From assembly GCF_009914755.1 (NCBI RefSeq), contig NC_060925.1: 64,000 nucleotides of DNA; one strand, given 5' to 3'. Positions 24,799-40,348 of the stretch are shown here, in pieces (position 1 is the first letter of the stretch; each line of letters begins with the position of its first letter). The notes under the pieces were generated by a model. The model was given only the letters and a program-made list of their open reading frames with translations. It was not told where the DNA came from and ran no database searches. Position numbers and translations under genes: made by a program. Origin of the DNA: the human T2T-CHM13v2.0 reference genome, Homo sapiens.

Positions 24799-26034
24799 CC
24801 ACAGTTTCTTTATCCACTCACTGATTGATGGGCATTTGGGTTGGTTCCAAGTTTTTGCAATTGCGAATTGTGTTGTTATAAACATGAGTGTGCAGGTATC
24901 TTTTTCGTATAAAGACTTCTTTTCCTCTGTGTAGATACCCCATAATGGGATTGCTGGATCAAATGGTACTTCTACTTTTAGTTCTTTGAGGAATCTTCAC
25001 ACTGTTTTTTATAGTGATTGTACTAGTTTATATTCCCACCAGCAGTGTAGTAGTGTCTCCTGTTCACCACATCCACGCCAACATCTACTGTTTTTGGATT
25101 TTTTTATTATGGCCATTCTTGCAAGAGTAAGGTGGTATTGCATTGTGGTTTTGATTTGCGTTTACCTGATCATTAGCGATATTGTTGGCCATTTGTATAA
25201 CTTCTTTTGAGAATTGTCTATTCATGTATTTAGGCCATTTTCAATGGCTGTTTGGCTGTTTTTTCTTGCTGATTTGTTTGAGTTCGTTGTAGATTCTGGA
25301 TATTAGTTTTTTGTCAGATGTATAGATTGTGAAGATTTTCTCCCACTCTGTGGGTTGTCTGTTTACTCTGCTGACTGTTCCCTTTGCTGTGCAAAAGCTC
25401 TTTAGTTTAATTAAGGCCCAGCTATTTATCTTTGTTTTTATTGCATTTGCTTTTGGGTTCTTGGTCATGAAATCCTTGCCTAAGCCAATGTCTAGAAGGA
25501 ATTTTTATTTATTTATTTGCTTGTTTGTTTTGTTTTGTTTTTTGCTTAGCCTTGCTTTGGCTATGGGGGCTCTTTTTTGGTTCCATGTGAATTTTAGAAT
25601 TGTTTTTTCTAATTCTGTGAAGAATGATGGTGGTATTTTGATGGGAATTGCATTGAATTTGAAGATTATTTTTGGCAGTATGGCTATTTTCACAATATTG
25701 ATTCTACCCACCCATGAGCATGAGATGTGTTTCCATTTGTTTGTGGCATCTATGATTTCTTTCAGCAGTGTTGTGTAGTTTTCCTTGCAGGGGTCTTTTG
25801 CCTCCTTGTATATGCCTAAGTATTTAATTTTTTGCAGCTATTGTAAAAGGGGTCGAGTTCATTTGATTCTCCATTTGGTAGCTGTTGGTTTATAGAAGAG
25901 CTAGTGATTTGTGTACATTAATTTTGTATCTGGAAATTTTGCTGAATATTTTTATCAGGTCTAGGAGCTTTCTGGAGGAATCTTTAGGGTTTTCGAGGTA
26001 AACAATCATGTCATCACCAAACAGCGACAGTTTA

Positions 26035-26211
<177 letters not shown>

Positions 26212-26847
26212 TCATAGATTGCTTTTACTACATTGAGATATGTCCCTTCTAGGCCAATTTTGCTAAGAGTTTTAATCACAAAAAGATGTTGGATTATGTT
26301 CAAATGCTTTTTCTGCATCTATTGAGATGATCATGTGATTTTTGTTTTTAATTCTATTTATGTGGTGTATCACATTTATTGACTAGCATATGTTAAACCA
26401 TCCCTGCATCCCTGGTATGAAACCCACTTGATCATGGTGGATTATATTTTGGATATGTTATTTGTCTCAGTCAGCTAGTATTTGGTTAAGGATTTTAGCA
26501 TCTATGTTCATCAGGGATATCGGTCTGTAGTTTTCTTTTATAGTTATGTCCTTTCCTGGTTTCGGTATTAGGTTGATAATGGCTTCGAAGAATGATTTAG
26601 GGAGAGTTCCTTCTTTCCCTATCTTGTGGAATACTGTCGATAGGATTGGTTCCAATTCTTTTTTGAATGTCTGGTAGGGTTCAGCTGTGAAACTGTCTGG
26701 TTCTGGACTTTTTTTGTTGGTCATTCTTTTATTACCGTTTCAATCTCGGTTCTAGTTATTGGTCTGTTTAGGGTATCTAATTCTTCCTGATTTAAGCTAG
26801 GAGGCTTGTATCTTTCCAGTAATTTATACATCTCTTCTAGGTATTCT

Positions 26848-27190
<343 letters not shown>

Positions 27191-28258
27191 CTCTTCTAGG
27201 TTTTCTAGTTTATATGCATAAAGGTGTTCACAGTAGCCTTGAATGATCTTTGGCATTTCTGTGGTGTCAGTTGTAATATTTTCTGTTTCATTTCTTAAGC
27301 TTATTTCGATTTTCTCTCTTCTTTCTTGATTAATCTTGCTAATGGTCTCTTAATTTTATTTATCTTTTCCAAATACCAGCTTTTTATTTCCTTTATCTTT
27401 TGTATTTTATTTTGTTTCAATTTCATTTAGTTCTGCTCTGATCTTGGTATTTCCTTTCTTCTGCTGGATTTGGGTTTGGTTTGTTTTTGTTTCTCTAGTT
27501 TCTTGAGGTATGACCTTAGATTATCTGTTTGTGCTCTTTTAGACTTTTTGATGTAGGTGTTTAGGGCTATGAACTTTCCTCTTAGCTCCACCTTTGCTGT
27601 ATCCCAGAGGATCTAAAAGGTTGTGTCACTATTGTCATTCACTTTGAAGAATTTTTTAAATTTCCATCTTGATTTCATTTTTGGCCAATGATTATTCAGG
27701 AGGAAGTTATTTAATTTCCATGTATTTGCATGGTTTTGAAGGTTCCTTTTGGAGTTTGATTTCCAGTTTTATTTCACTGTGGTCTGAGAGAGTGCTTGAT
27801 ATAATTTCAATTTTCTTAAATATATTGAGGCTCATTTTGCAGCCTATCATATGGTCTGTCTTGGAGAAAGTTCCATGCACCTTTCAATAGAATGTAGATT
27901 CTGTGGTTGTTGGATGGAATGTTCTGTATATTTCTGTTAAGTCTGTTTCTTCCAGGGTATAGTTTAAATCGATTGTTTCTTTCTTGACTTTCTGTGTTGA
28001 TGACCTGTCTAGTGCTGTCAGTGAAGTATTGAAGTCCCCCACTATTATTGTGTTGCAGTCTATCTTATTTCTTAGGTCTATTAGGAATTGTTTTATAAAT
28101 TTGGAAGCTCCAATTAGGTGCATATATGTTTAGGATTGTGATATTTTCCTGTTGGACAAGGCCTTTTGTCATTATATAATGTCTCTCTTAGTCTTTTTAT
28201 CATTATATAATGTCTCTCTGTCTTTTATATAATGTCCCTCTTTGTCTTTAGAAGAGAA

Positions 28259-28343
28259 GGCAACCCTTCTCTTCATTACTGAAATGAAATAGGGAATACA
28301 AGAGTTCCCTGGAGACAACAGACTGCAGTATTTTGTTTTAAAA
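28259..28343 (+). repeat. 85-bp copy of 30910-30994 embedded in L1PB
   Basis: 80/85 identical by hand alignment, no gaps. Confidence 0.95.
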
Positions 28344-29312
28344 GTGGGTCTTGTGTTTTTCTGTTTTTAAACTTTTTAAACTGCTGTTGCTTTAAAGATT
28401 GTTTTGTCTGATATAAGAATAGCTATTCCAGCTAACTTTTGGTGTCCATTTGTGTGAAATGTCTCTTTCCATCTCTTTACCTTAAGTTTATATGATTCCT
28501 TATGTGTTAGGTGAGTCTCTTGAAGGCAACAGAGAGTTGGTTGATGAATTCTTATTCATTCTGCAATTTTGTGTCTTTTAAGTGGAGCATTTAGTCCATT
28601 TACATTTGATGTTAATATTGAGATGTGAGGTACCATTCCATTCTTCCTGCTATTTGTTGCCTGTATACCTTGGTTTTTGTTTTTGTTTTTTAAATTGTAT
28701 TTTTGTTTTATAGGTCCTGTGAGATTTATGCTTTAAAGAGGTTCTGTTTTTGATGTGTTTCCAGGATTTGTTTCAAAATTTAGAGATCCTTTTAGCAGTT
28801 CTTATAGTGGTGGCTTGTTAATGACAAATTCTCTCAGCAATTGTTTGTCTGAAAAAGACTGTATCTTTCCTTCATATGTGAAGCATAGTTTGGCTGGATA
28901 CAAAATCCTTGGCTGATAATTGTTTTTGTTTGAGGAGGCTAAAGATAGGGCCCCCATCCCTTCTAGCTTGTAGGCTTTATGCTGAGAAATCTGCTGTTAA
29001 TCTGATAGGTTTTTCTTTATAGGTTACCTGGTGCTTTTGTCTCACAGATCTTAAGATTCTTTTCTTTGTCTTAACTTTAGATAACTTGACGACAATGTGC
29101 CTAGGTGATGATCTTTATGTGATGAATTTCCCAGGTGTTCTTTGTGCTTCTTGTTTTTGGATGTCTAGGTCCTTTGCAAGGCTGTGGAAGTTTTCTCGAT
29201 TAGTCCTCCAAGTATGTTTTCCAAAGTTTTAGATTTCCTTTCTTCCTCAGGAAGGCCTATTATTCTTAGGTTTGGTCATTTAGCATAATCCCAGACTTCT
29301 TGGAGGGTTTGT

Positions 29313-29744
29313 TCATATTTTCTTATTTTTATTTTTGTCTTTGTTGGATTGGGTTAATTCAAAGACCTTGTCTTTAAGCTCTGAATTTCTTTCTTGTACT
29401 TGTTCAATTTTATTGCTGAGACATTCCAGAGTGTTTTGCATTTCTCTAAGTGTGTCCACTGTTTTTTGAAGTTTTGATTGCTTTTTATTTATGCTATCTA
29501 TTTCATTGAATATTTCTCCTTTCACTTCTTGTATCTTTTTTTTTATTTTCTTACATTGGGTTTCACCTTTCTCTGGTGCCTCCCTGATTAGCTTAATAAC
29601 CAACCTCCTGAGTTCTTTTTCAGGTAAATCAGAGATTTCTTCTTGGTTTGGGTCCATTGCTGGTGAACTAGTGTGATTTTGGGGGGATGTTAAAGAGCCT
29701 TGTTTTGTCATATTACCAGAGGTGGTTTTGTGGTTCATTCTCAT
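29313..29744 (-). pseudogene. L1 ORF1p N-terminal/coiled-coil relic (143 aa open, then disrupted)
   Basis: MTKQGSLTSPQNHTSSPAMDPNQEEISDLPEKELRRLVIKL... is L1PB ORF1-like and sits at the ORF1 position of the element. Confidence 0.8.
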
Positions 29745-32162
29745 TTGGGTAGGCTCTGTCAGAGGGAAAGTCTAGGGCTGAAGGCTGTTGTTCAGATTCT
29801 TTTGTCCCACAAGGTGTTCCCGTGATGTAGTACTCTCTCCCTTTTCCGATAGATGTGATCTCCTGAGAGTTGAGCTTTAGTGATTGTTAGCTCTCTTTTT
29901 GATATAGCCTACCATCTGCCATGATCCACCCTATAATTTTGCATTGTGTTTTTCTGTGATTCTGTTTCTGTATTTTTAAATCCAGTTTTATATACATGTT
30001 TTAAAAATCAGCTATCATGTTTTTAATTTGTCTACGCTTTACAGGTCCCTTTGTACATCATTTGGCCATTGTTATTTTTAAATAATTTTAAGTATTCTTG
30101 TGTTATTACACTGAGGGTATTAATTAAAATTAATTTTTTCTTCTGTTTCTTGTATCTGTTTCCACAGTTCATCTTTTGTTTTTGTTTGCTTTTTTTTTTT
30201 TTTTAATTGAGAAAGGGAGTTTGTTTGACAGACTAGGAGAAATACGGATTCTACATCTAGGGTGAGAGACAAGATCTCACTATTTAGATTTTCAAATCCT
30301 TTTCTTCCATATCAATTTCTCTGAAGAATTGGCCTTTATTATCTGACTTGTGCACAGGTACCTATATTTGAAGCTTCTGTCAGTTCTATAGTCCCTTTTT
30401 TTTTAGGTTTCTCCAGGGTGGATGGTCTTTTCTCTCACCACACTCTCTTCCTTATCTTAGTTATAGCTTCCCTTGCCCTGTTAAATCACTTTCCACTTCT
30501 ATACTATGTCTTTGACTTTTAAAAATCTATTAAAAGCTTTCTTCAACTATTCTCTTTATATTTCTATACAAATACCTCCTTAGCTGCCAATATAATGTCA
30601 GTGGGTCTTGGGAGAGAATAAAAATACATTCATATTTACTTCTCTTTAAAAGAAAGTGTCAAATAAGCTCATTTTTAAAAATGATACTAGAACTTTGAGG
30701 ATTTTTTAATACATAGAAATGACTTCATATTTGTCCTAATATTTTTTGGAGTTAGAAGTAATGTGTTGGATGAGGCAGATAGTACACCTTTTGAAAGGGA
30801 TAAATTTTCTAAGTATTCTAGGAATACATACTCCATTACAAGCCTCCCTTTCCATATGCTGTCATTTATATATAGAAGCACAAACTCTATACATTTGAAA
30901 CAGCCAGATGGCAACTTTTCTCTTCATTACTGAAATGAAATAGGAAATCCAAGAGTTCCCTGGTGACAACAGACTGCAGTATTTTGTTTTAAAACATATA
31001 GTTTTGAGGTAAACATAAGCTTGCTTTCACCTTTTTTAATGTTTGTTCTCTTTTTCATAAGTACACTGACAGCAAAAGAAATTCAGTGAGTTCTGTAACC
31101 TGATTTTTTAGTTAAAAGTGAAAAAGCTAAATAATATTAGCATAAACGTTTGCAACTGTTACCTAAGAGAATTCTGATAGCTGCCTCAACTCTCTGTGTG
31201 AAATTATTCTTGCATGGCATTTGTAATTGTTTCTGTCAGGAAAATGGAAACCTTGCAGATATTTACTAATGTGCCTTGGAGAGCATGTAACCTTGGAGAG
31301 TTGTGTAATGTACCTTTGGAAATGGAAATTCTAAAGATAGTTCAAAAACTAACTCCTTGACTCATGATGGCTAAATTCTTCTTGAGGCAATAATTGTCCT
31401 TGGAAAAACCTGTTTGGTTAGTTTGTTATTTATAAACAACAGAAGACACTGGATAGTTAAGATGACCAGATGTGTTTATTAGAAAACTTTATATAGATCA
31501 TGAAGTTAAGATTTTGTACATATAAGTGGCCTTTTTAACTCTACAATAGAGCCAGAAATAAACTGTGGTTACATCTGTAATTCCTACACAAACAGTAATG
31601 CAATTACATTACAAGACAATTAAGATATAAGTTATCTGAAGGACTTTGCTATAATTATATGAAAAAAATCATATCAAAGCTTTCTAAACAATATCTTTGT
31701 TGTTTCAAGAAAGTCTGCTGTTCTCTATAGTCATAACAAATTTGACTTTTAATTTGATTCATGAAAAAATGAAACTACTAAAAAAACCCGAATTAGTCCT
31801 TCCAACATATGAGCTGTAAGAAATTTGACAGCAAGAAAATCGAGATGACGGGAAAGGCCAGTTCTGTAGAGAAAAATAAATGGATACTGATATAGATGTA
31901 TTTTCAAAGATTTTAAGACTCTGTTGTTTTCTAAAATAAATCCTTTACAGTCCATGTATTATTCTCCACTTTCTTTTCTGCCTCCCAGGAGTTCAGTGCC
32001 TAAATATCCAAGATCCTAAGATTACTGTTAGGATTGGAGGAAACAAGAGGGAAAACTGAGAAATAAGGGTAATGGGAACAATTACATAGAAAAGCAATGG
32101 TGACACTGGAGCACCAGCCCCCAACAGCATAATTATCTTCTCACTGTGCTGAACAAAGCTGC

Positions 32163-32585
<423 letters not shown>

Positions 32586-33160
32586 TAGTTTCTTCAAATT
32601 TTAACGTGTATTTTAGGATTTTAGTTATTATGGAAGGAGGAAAATATGATTACAGTTACCAATGTTATGACAATATTTTTTTTGTCAAAGGTCAGTTTTG
32701 GTTTCCTCAGACTCTAGAATATAGGCCTAGCCTTGCAAGGGCTACTGAGATGAATATTCAACATTTCCCAAAGCTTGGCAACAAAAGCCAAGCTATTTTA
32801 TGAATGCTTGCTTCTTCAAACTTCAAAGTCTTTGGGTCATCATTTAAAATGCACACTTTTAGGAACATAACTATGAAGTTAAGCACCAATTCTGAACAGG
32901 TAAATTGTGTTCTACTGGCTTCCTGTTCTGTTTTTTATCTTGCTAAGCAATGAATCGATAGATTCAATCAAGTATTATGAGCCAACCCTATACCAACAGT
33001 AATAAGAGTACATGATTTGACTTCGAGGACCTAAAAATGCAACAAAAATGTTTGGAATAGATTATATAGAATACTGCATAATATTAATCATTAAGGAGGT
33101 ACTTAATTATTGTCACACTACTTTAGAATGTAGAGATAAGTTTAACTAAAAACAGATGTA

Positions 33161-33489
<329 letters not shown>

Positions 33490-34465
33490 CTATAATATTT
33501 TGATTCATTTTTCTAGCCAAGTCATTTTAAATGAGATTATCTTATTTCCACTGTGACAAAAAAATGGAAGTGGCTGTGTGTTTCTTTGGTCTTATAAACT
33601 TCCCTTTCTATCTTATAACACTGATGAAGAGTTAATGAATGTAACAAGCAGAGACATAGGAGGAAGAATGTTTTCTATTTATCATAATAGAAAAATGACT
33701 CCAGAATTAATTGCAGAGGTTCTCAAATGCGTGGTTAAAAACAAAATGATATAATAGAGAAGCAGATAGATAAGAAAATAACATTTTAATGTGATCATAA
33801 TTTAGTCTTTTAAAAAATACACTTAGGAGATGCTAATATTTGCAGTTTTGCCTTTAATCCAAAGGATATGAAAGATTAGAAATAATCCATTCAACTCTGT
33901 TGTGTGGATATTGTTCCTCTGCCCCCACTCTCCTAATCTTGGCATTTACACTGTTTCATTGTTATACTGCAAAGGACCTGTCTGAAGAGCCACCTACACT
34001 TAAACTTCACACTGTGGGCCTCTTTTTGAGGCAGCATTCATTCCCTCAGTTCAAGGCTTCTATGCCAGGGATAGTGTTTCACAACCACTTAGGATAATCC
34101 AACAACTAGGCACAGACAAACATCCTCTGCTCATTTCCCCATCATTTGCAAACTGCAGACAAGCACAAAATTTAAACAAAAGTGATGATGGTTTTCTGCA
34201 AAATTGTGGTTTCTTTGAGACATGTCAAGGAGATCGAGGGAAGAGGAGATAGATTCTAACTGGCATGGACTCTACGGAAGAAAAATCAAAATGAAATTTT
34301 CTTAATATAATAACGTTATCAATTTACATTTATTACAATTACTCTTTATACACTTGATGTTCTACTTACTGAATTTCAGTTCTTTGTGATCATTTTATTT
34401 CTTAATAAAAGAAAATATTAATTCCCGACTTCACCTTCTTCAAACTTACTTTTAACTAAAGTTTA

Positions 34466-34604
34466 CTTTTTTTTTTCTTTTTCTTAAATAGACACGGAGT
34501 CTTGCTATGTTGTCCAGGCTGGCCTCAAACTTCTGACCTCAGGAGATCTTCCTGCCTAACCCCCCAAAAGGCTAGGATTGCAGGTGTGAGCCACCATGTC
34601 TGGC
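34466..34604 (-). mobile_element. FLAM / Alu left monomer
   Basis: Single monomer GTCTTGCTATGTTGTCCAGGCTGG...GTGAGCCACCATGTCTGGC with T-tail. Confidence 0.8.
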
Positions 34605-34870
34605 AAAAAAATTCTGATTTAAAAGCATAATAAAATGATTTTTGATATAGATAGAAACTATTTTCACTACTTAGGGTATTATTAGATGGTTTAGTTTATT
34701 GATTTTAATGATTTTTTTCTCTTTAATTGTGGTATAATTTACAAATGATTAAAATCAACTTTCAATAGTAACTATGTTTTCTGGCTGAAGAGTTTTTTGA
34801 TAGCAGTCAGTTATTTATTTTGAATTGAACATTTATTCAAACTATTTCCAAATTGAACCACAGGTTGCAG

Positions 34871-35090
34871 CAGCGTTTCTCAGCAGTGACATTGTTGACA
34901 TTTTGGATGGGATAATTCTTTGTTGTGGGGAGCTGTCCTGTGCACTGTAGGATGTTTGACAACATCCCTGGATTCTACCTACTAGATATCAGTGTACATG
35001 ACAATCCCCCAGTCATAAAAATCAGAATAGCCTCCAGACATTGATAAATGTTCCCTCTCAGGTAACGTCACTCCCAGTTGAGAATCACTG
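34871..35090 (-). mobile_element. MER20 hAT-Charlie DNA transposon
   Basis: TIRs CAGCGTTTCTCA / TGAGAATCACTG; GATAATTCTTTGTTGTGGGG...TGTCCTGTGCACTGTAGGATGTTT; 220 bp. Confidence 0.9.
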
Positions 35091-35460
35091 GACTATAGCA
35101 TTTTCTTCCCTGTTGCCATGTGGTGATTCTGTCTTTGAAAGCAAACTCGTATCTGTGGGGCTATAGGGTCTGCTATTCTTTGCTTTTATTTCTAACATTT
35201 TACTCCTCAGTTGTGGCATCCACTTCTCCTAAGTTGTTTTCCAACACCAATCTTTGCCCCTTGCTTTTTCCTTCTCTTTCCCATGAATTCTGTAATTATA
35301 TATGTTTGGTGAATCAGAAGAGTTAAGTGACAGTAATTATAATCCTTAGTCTCTTAGAGATTATAGCAATAATAGAAAATACAAATAACTAGTAACACCG
35401 TGTTAAAATTTATTTATATATCTCTCCATTTCTGTATCTTATGTGTGAAAATATATTTAA

Positions 35461-35775
<315 letters not shown>

Positions 35776-36044
35776 CAAAATCTTATTATTAATAAAATAC
35801 ATTAAAACAAAGAATGACACACTTCTCATTAACAATGACTTCCAGGTCCAAATATTTTTTCAGTTTCACAATTCCTATAAATTGATTGCTTTATCGGATG
35901 ATACTAAATCCTCCAAGAATTAAAGCCCACACCAAAGGTCCCGTGATTATAATGATTTTATTGGATTCAGAAAGCTAAATTAATTCAGGTATAAAAAGAG
36001 GAAAAGCAATATTTCAAGGCTTTTGTCTGTATAAGTATCAGCCT

Positions 36045-36160
36045 TATTGTTCAGTTTCTTCATCTGTAAAATTGTAGAATTTGTCAAAAGAATTAAATGA
36101 GAAAATACATATAAATGCAGTTAAAATAGTACCTCGGACATAGTGAGCACTTAATAATCT
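36045..36160 (+). mobile_element. MIR 3' fragment
   Basis: TCAGTTTCTTCATCTGTAAAAT...ATTAAATGAG...ACATAGTGAGCACTTAATAA. Confidence 0.7.
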
Positions 36161-36574
36161 TCCTTGATAATTTCTCCTATTCCAATTAATTGAAATGCTG
36201 CTAATAGGTTAATAACAACCAAATTTTTTTTTGCAGCCTAGAATATTCTATGGAATCATCTGCTAAACTACTAGGTATCTTATTCATTTATTCACTTTTT
36301 CATTCTTTGTAATATTGTTCTATATTTGAATGTCTTTTAGATACTTCTGATGTAACAGATCTTATAATAAGCTTAAAATCTAATTAAATTCTATGCTTTC
36401 CTTTGTATTCTTTGAATCTACCTCCCTATATTTTATATCTAAATGGGCTTGATGTTTTAAATCTTTCTCATTGATTTTATTCCACTTTTCCTTATTCTTC
36501 AGAAAACATGACCCTCCCTGCCTTACAGGGTGTCTAGCCTGGATTTCAAAAATATCTTCTAACTCATTTTCCTG

Positions 36575-37120
36575 CTCTGATACAATCTTCACATTACTAT
36601 ACACAACGATCTTTCTGAAAGAAATAATCTGATGAAGTAATTTCTTGCTTAAAATCCTTCAATAGCTTTCAGGGCAATTCAAGATAAGATTTGAGGTTGT
36701 TAGTATCCCACCGAAGGCTCTTTATGAACTGGCCTCTATTTTCCAAACTTACCTTTTGTCCCTCTTCACCTTGACTTCCCCGGTAGAGTCAGAGTAAAGC
36801 ATTTGAAGATGACAATTTTGTGTCATGCTCTAACAGCCCTAATTCCAGCGCACACATCCCTCCATCTGGGATGCCATGCTGCCCAGGTTCACCAGACTAT
36901 GTTCTAACTGTTAGATTAAATACTAATCTTCAATGCTTCTGGTTTTACCTAGGTTTATCTCTTTATAATATTTGTCATACTACATTGTATTGTACATATG
37001 TATGCATTTGTTCAACTCTTTTTTAGATGCTCACATCCTTAAGGACTGTTGCTGTTTCTTTTTTCTCTATAGCCACAAATATCTCACATTCTTCAACTAT
37101 ATCTGGGACTGAAGATAACT
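36575..37120 (+). mobile_element. L2 fragments
   Basis: GATCTTTCTGAAA...TGCTTAAAATCCTTCAATAGCTT; boundaries approximate. Confidence 0.5.
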
Positions 37121-37244
37121 AAACTATTACTGTAAGATGTTTAAAGGCATTGCACAAAAACCACTGTCAATATAGTGTCATGAGCAATGATTTTCTTATT
37201 CAAACAGACCCAGACTTTGTAAAATTCTTTCACATGGGGTTGCA

Positions 37245-37656
<412 letters not shown>

Positions 37657-37811
37657 TGATTACATCATTAGTTTAGTTTTATTACATGTTATATCAAAGG
37701 GATTCTTTGTCAGAACAAACTTCATGCATCAATGTTTATGACCTAAGAGATGATACATTGTGCCACAGTTATCAATATTTGCATAACAAACCACCCCAAT
37801 GTTAGTGGCTT

Positions 37812-37814
<3 letters not shown>

Positions 37815-37863
<49 letters not shown>
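37815..37863. repeat. (CA)n microsatellite within an MLT-like fragment
   Basis: ~24 uninterrupted CA units after CATAACAAACCACCCCAATGTTAGTGGCTTAAAA. Confidence 0.9.
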
Positions 37864-37867
<4 letters not shown>

Positions 37868-38879
37868 TTTGTTGACTTCAGAGTCTCTGGACTGGCTGTA
37901 TGTTTCTTCTGACTTTGGTCAGCAACTCCTGCACACATTAGTATGGTGCATTTGTTACAACTGATGAATCAATATTAAAACATTATTTACTGAAGTCCAT
38001 AGTTTTCATTAGAATCCTATCTTTTTGTTGTGCACTTGTGTGGTTCTTGACAAATGCGTAATGCAATGTATGCACTATTACAATATCACACAGAACAGTT
38101 TCTTTTGCCTAAAAAACCCCTGTGCTTCACTTATTCTTCCAATCTTTTGATGAACTCCTGGCACCTACTGATTTTTTTCTATCCCTGTACTTTTACCTTG
38201 GACATGAGGTCATATATTTGGAATCATACAGTATATGCCCTTTTCACATTGTCCTATTTCATTTAGCAATACGCGCTTAAGGTTCCTCCATGTGTTTTCA
38301 TCACTGAATAGCTCTTTTTTTTATATCTGTAAGTAATATTTTGTATGGATATACAACAGTTTGTTTCAACATTCACCAATTGAAGAGCAGCTTGCTTCCA
38401 ATTTTTGGCACTTATAAACAAAATTATGAATTATGAATCTATAAACATTCATTTGCAGTAATTTATGATGACGTAAGTTTTCAGTTCATTTGGGTAAATA
38501 CCAAGGAGTACAATTGCTGGATCATATGCTAAAACTGATTTGTTTTGTAAGAAGCTGCCAAGCTGTCGTCCTAAATGACTGTACTATTTTGTATTCACCA
38601 GTAACGAATGAACATTTCTGTTGTTCTACATCCTCACCAGAATTTGGTATTGTCAGTTTTTTAAATTTTAGCTATGCTAATAGATATGTAGCGGGGGCCT
38701 CAATGTTGTTTTAATTTGCAATTTTCTAATGACATTTGATACTGAATGTCTTTTCTTATGTATATCTGCCATCTGTACATCTTCTTTGATGAGGTGTCTG
38801 TCCAGAACTTTTGCTAACTTTTTAATTGCTTTTTATTTTTACTCGAATTTTTATAATCTGTGTACACTTTGGATATCAG

Positions 38880-39220
38880 TCTCCATGCCAAAGAAGGCCG
38901 TACCCCACACCCAGAAGGAAAGGAATACATGCTCTGAGAGGCCAAGAGGAATCCAGACAGACTGACTTTGCTGGATTTCCCCAGAAAGCTTATTAACATA
39001 AGATCATACACTTTTTGTCCAATCCTATTCCTGTATGGCTGTCCAGACTTTACTGAACCTAAGCATGGAAATGAAAAAATTTTCCCTGTATCTTTGGGTC
39101 TTCATTCTGAAGGCTCCCATGTGTAGACATTAAATAAATATGTGTGCCTTTTCTCCAATTAATCTGTCTTTTGTGAGTTGATTTGTCAGCAAGTCTTCAG
39201 AGAGTCCTGGGCCTCTATAC
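38880..39220 (+). mobile_element. ERV1 LTR fragment (MER34/MER39-group-like)
   Basis: CTTTGGGTCTTCATTCTGAAGGCTCCC...AAATAAATATGTGTGCCTTTTCTCC; subfamily uncertain. Confidence 0.6.
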
Positions 39221-39889
39221 TAATATATGCATTCAGGGCTATAAACTTCTCTTAAACAGTACTTTTGCTGCATCCCACATGCTTTGTTAAGTTGCATTTT
39301 CATTCAGTTCAAAATCTTCTTAATTTCCCTTAAGATGTGTTTTTTGTCTCATGTTTCACTTAGGAGTATTATCCTTAATGTCCAAGCTCTTTGGAATTTT
39401 TCCATCTTTCTGGTTTTGATTTCTAGTTTAATCTATTATATAGTCTGAGAACATACTCTTTATGGTCTTTTAATATTGTAAAGCTGTGTTTCATGGCCTA
39501 GAAATAAGGTTTATATCAGCTTGAGAAGATTGTGTATTCTGTTGTTGTCGGCTAAAGCATCCTACAGAAGCCAATTAGCTCAAGTTGTTTGATGGTTCTG
39601 CTCAATTCAACTATTTCTTTACCTATTTTCTTTCTTCTGAATGTGCCAATTGCTGATAGAGGGCTGTGAAAGTCTCCAGGTATACTCGTGGGTTTGTCTT
39701 ATATTTCTCTTTGTTATTATATCCATTTTTGACGCATGTATTTTGACCCTCTGTTGTTAGTAGCATGTATGTTAAGGATTGTTATATTTTCTTGAAGACT
39801 AGATTTGTTTGTCACATAACTGAATGCCGCATTTAAAGTTGTCTCTTTTTCATTTGCTTCATTTTTGATGGTATAATAACCTTTGCTTT

Positions 39890-40348
39890 CCTCTTGCTGC
39901 CAGGCACTCTCTTGCACAATGTTTTCCTTATTTAATTATGTGATTACTTAGAAGTCCCAGGGGCTAATTCTTGAAACAATCCAGGCAACTGTATAATTAT
40001 CCCCCACCTAGAGATTACCTCAAGGCTGCAGTTAATTTACAACCCAGCTGTACCCAAGATGGCTCCTGCTCATACACCAGATGGGATGGCAACTCAAGAT
40101 AATCTATGAAAAAAGCCACATTCTATGGCAAGAACATCTCTTGCTATTCCTGCATGCCCCTCATATCAAGTTTCCCTTTATAAACACTTCCTCTCAACCC
40201 CAAATTTGAAATGGTTCCTTTATGGAATGAGTCTGGCCATGTCTCCAACTGCAAGCTTTTGGAATAAAGTCAGTTTCCTTTCATTGCATCTTGTCCTTGT
40301 TCATTTAGTTTAACAAATGGCAAGCAGCCAAGTATGCATTTGGTTATA
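39890..40348 (+). mobile_element. ERV LTR fragment, family uncertain
   Basis: TTATAAA (~40178), GGAATAAAGTC poly(A) signal, LTR-like end CATTTGGTTATA. Confidence 0.5.

Noticed and set aside
31275-31300. CCTTGGAGAG twice (also TTCCTGGAGA twice at ~1022-1044)
   Set aside because: 10-bp micro-duplications are common slippage products with no further structure
33671-33694. 9-bp stem TTTTCTATT/AATAGAAAA (and TATGGTAAG/CTTACCATA at 61876-61899)
   Set aside because: Short stems, the first almost all A/T; too weak individually to separate from chance
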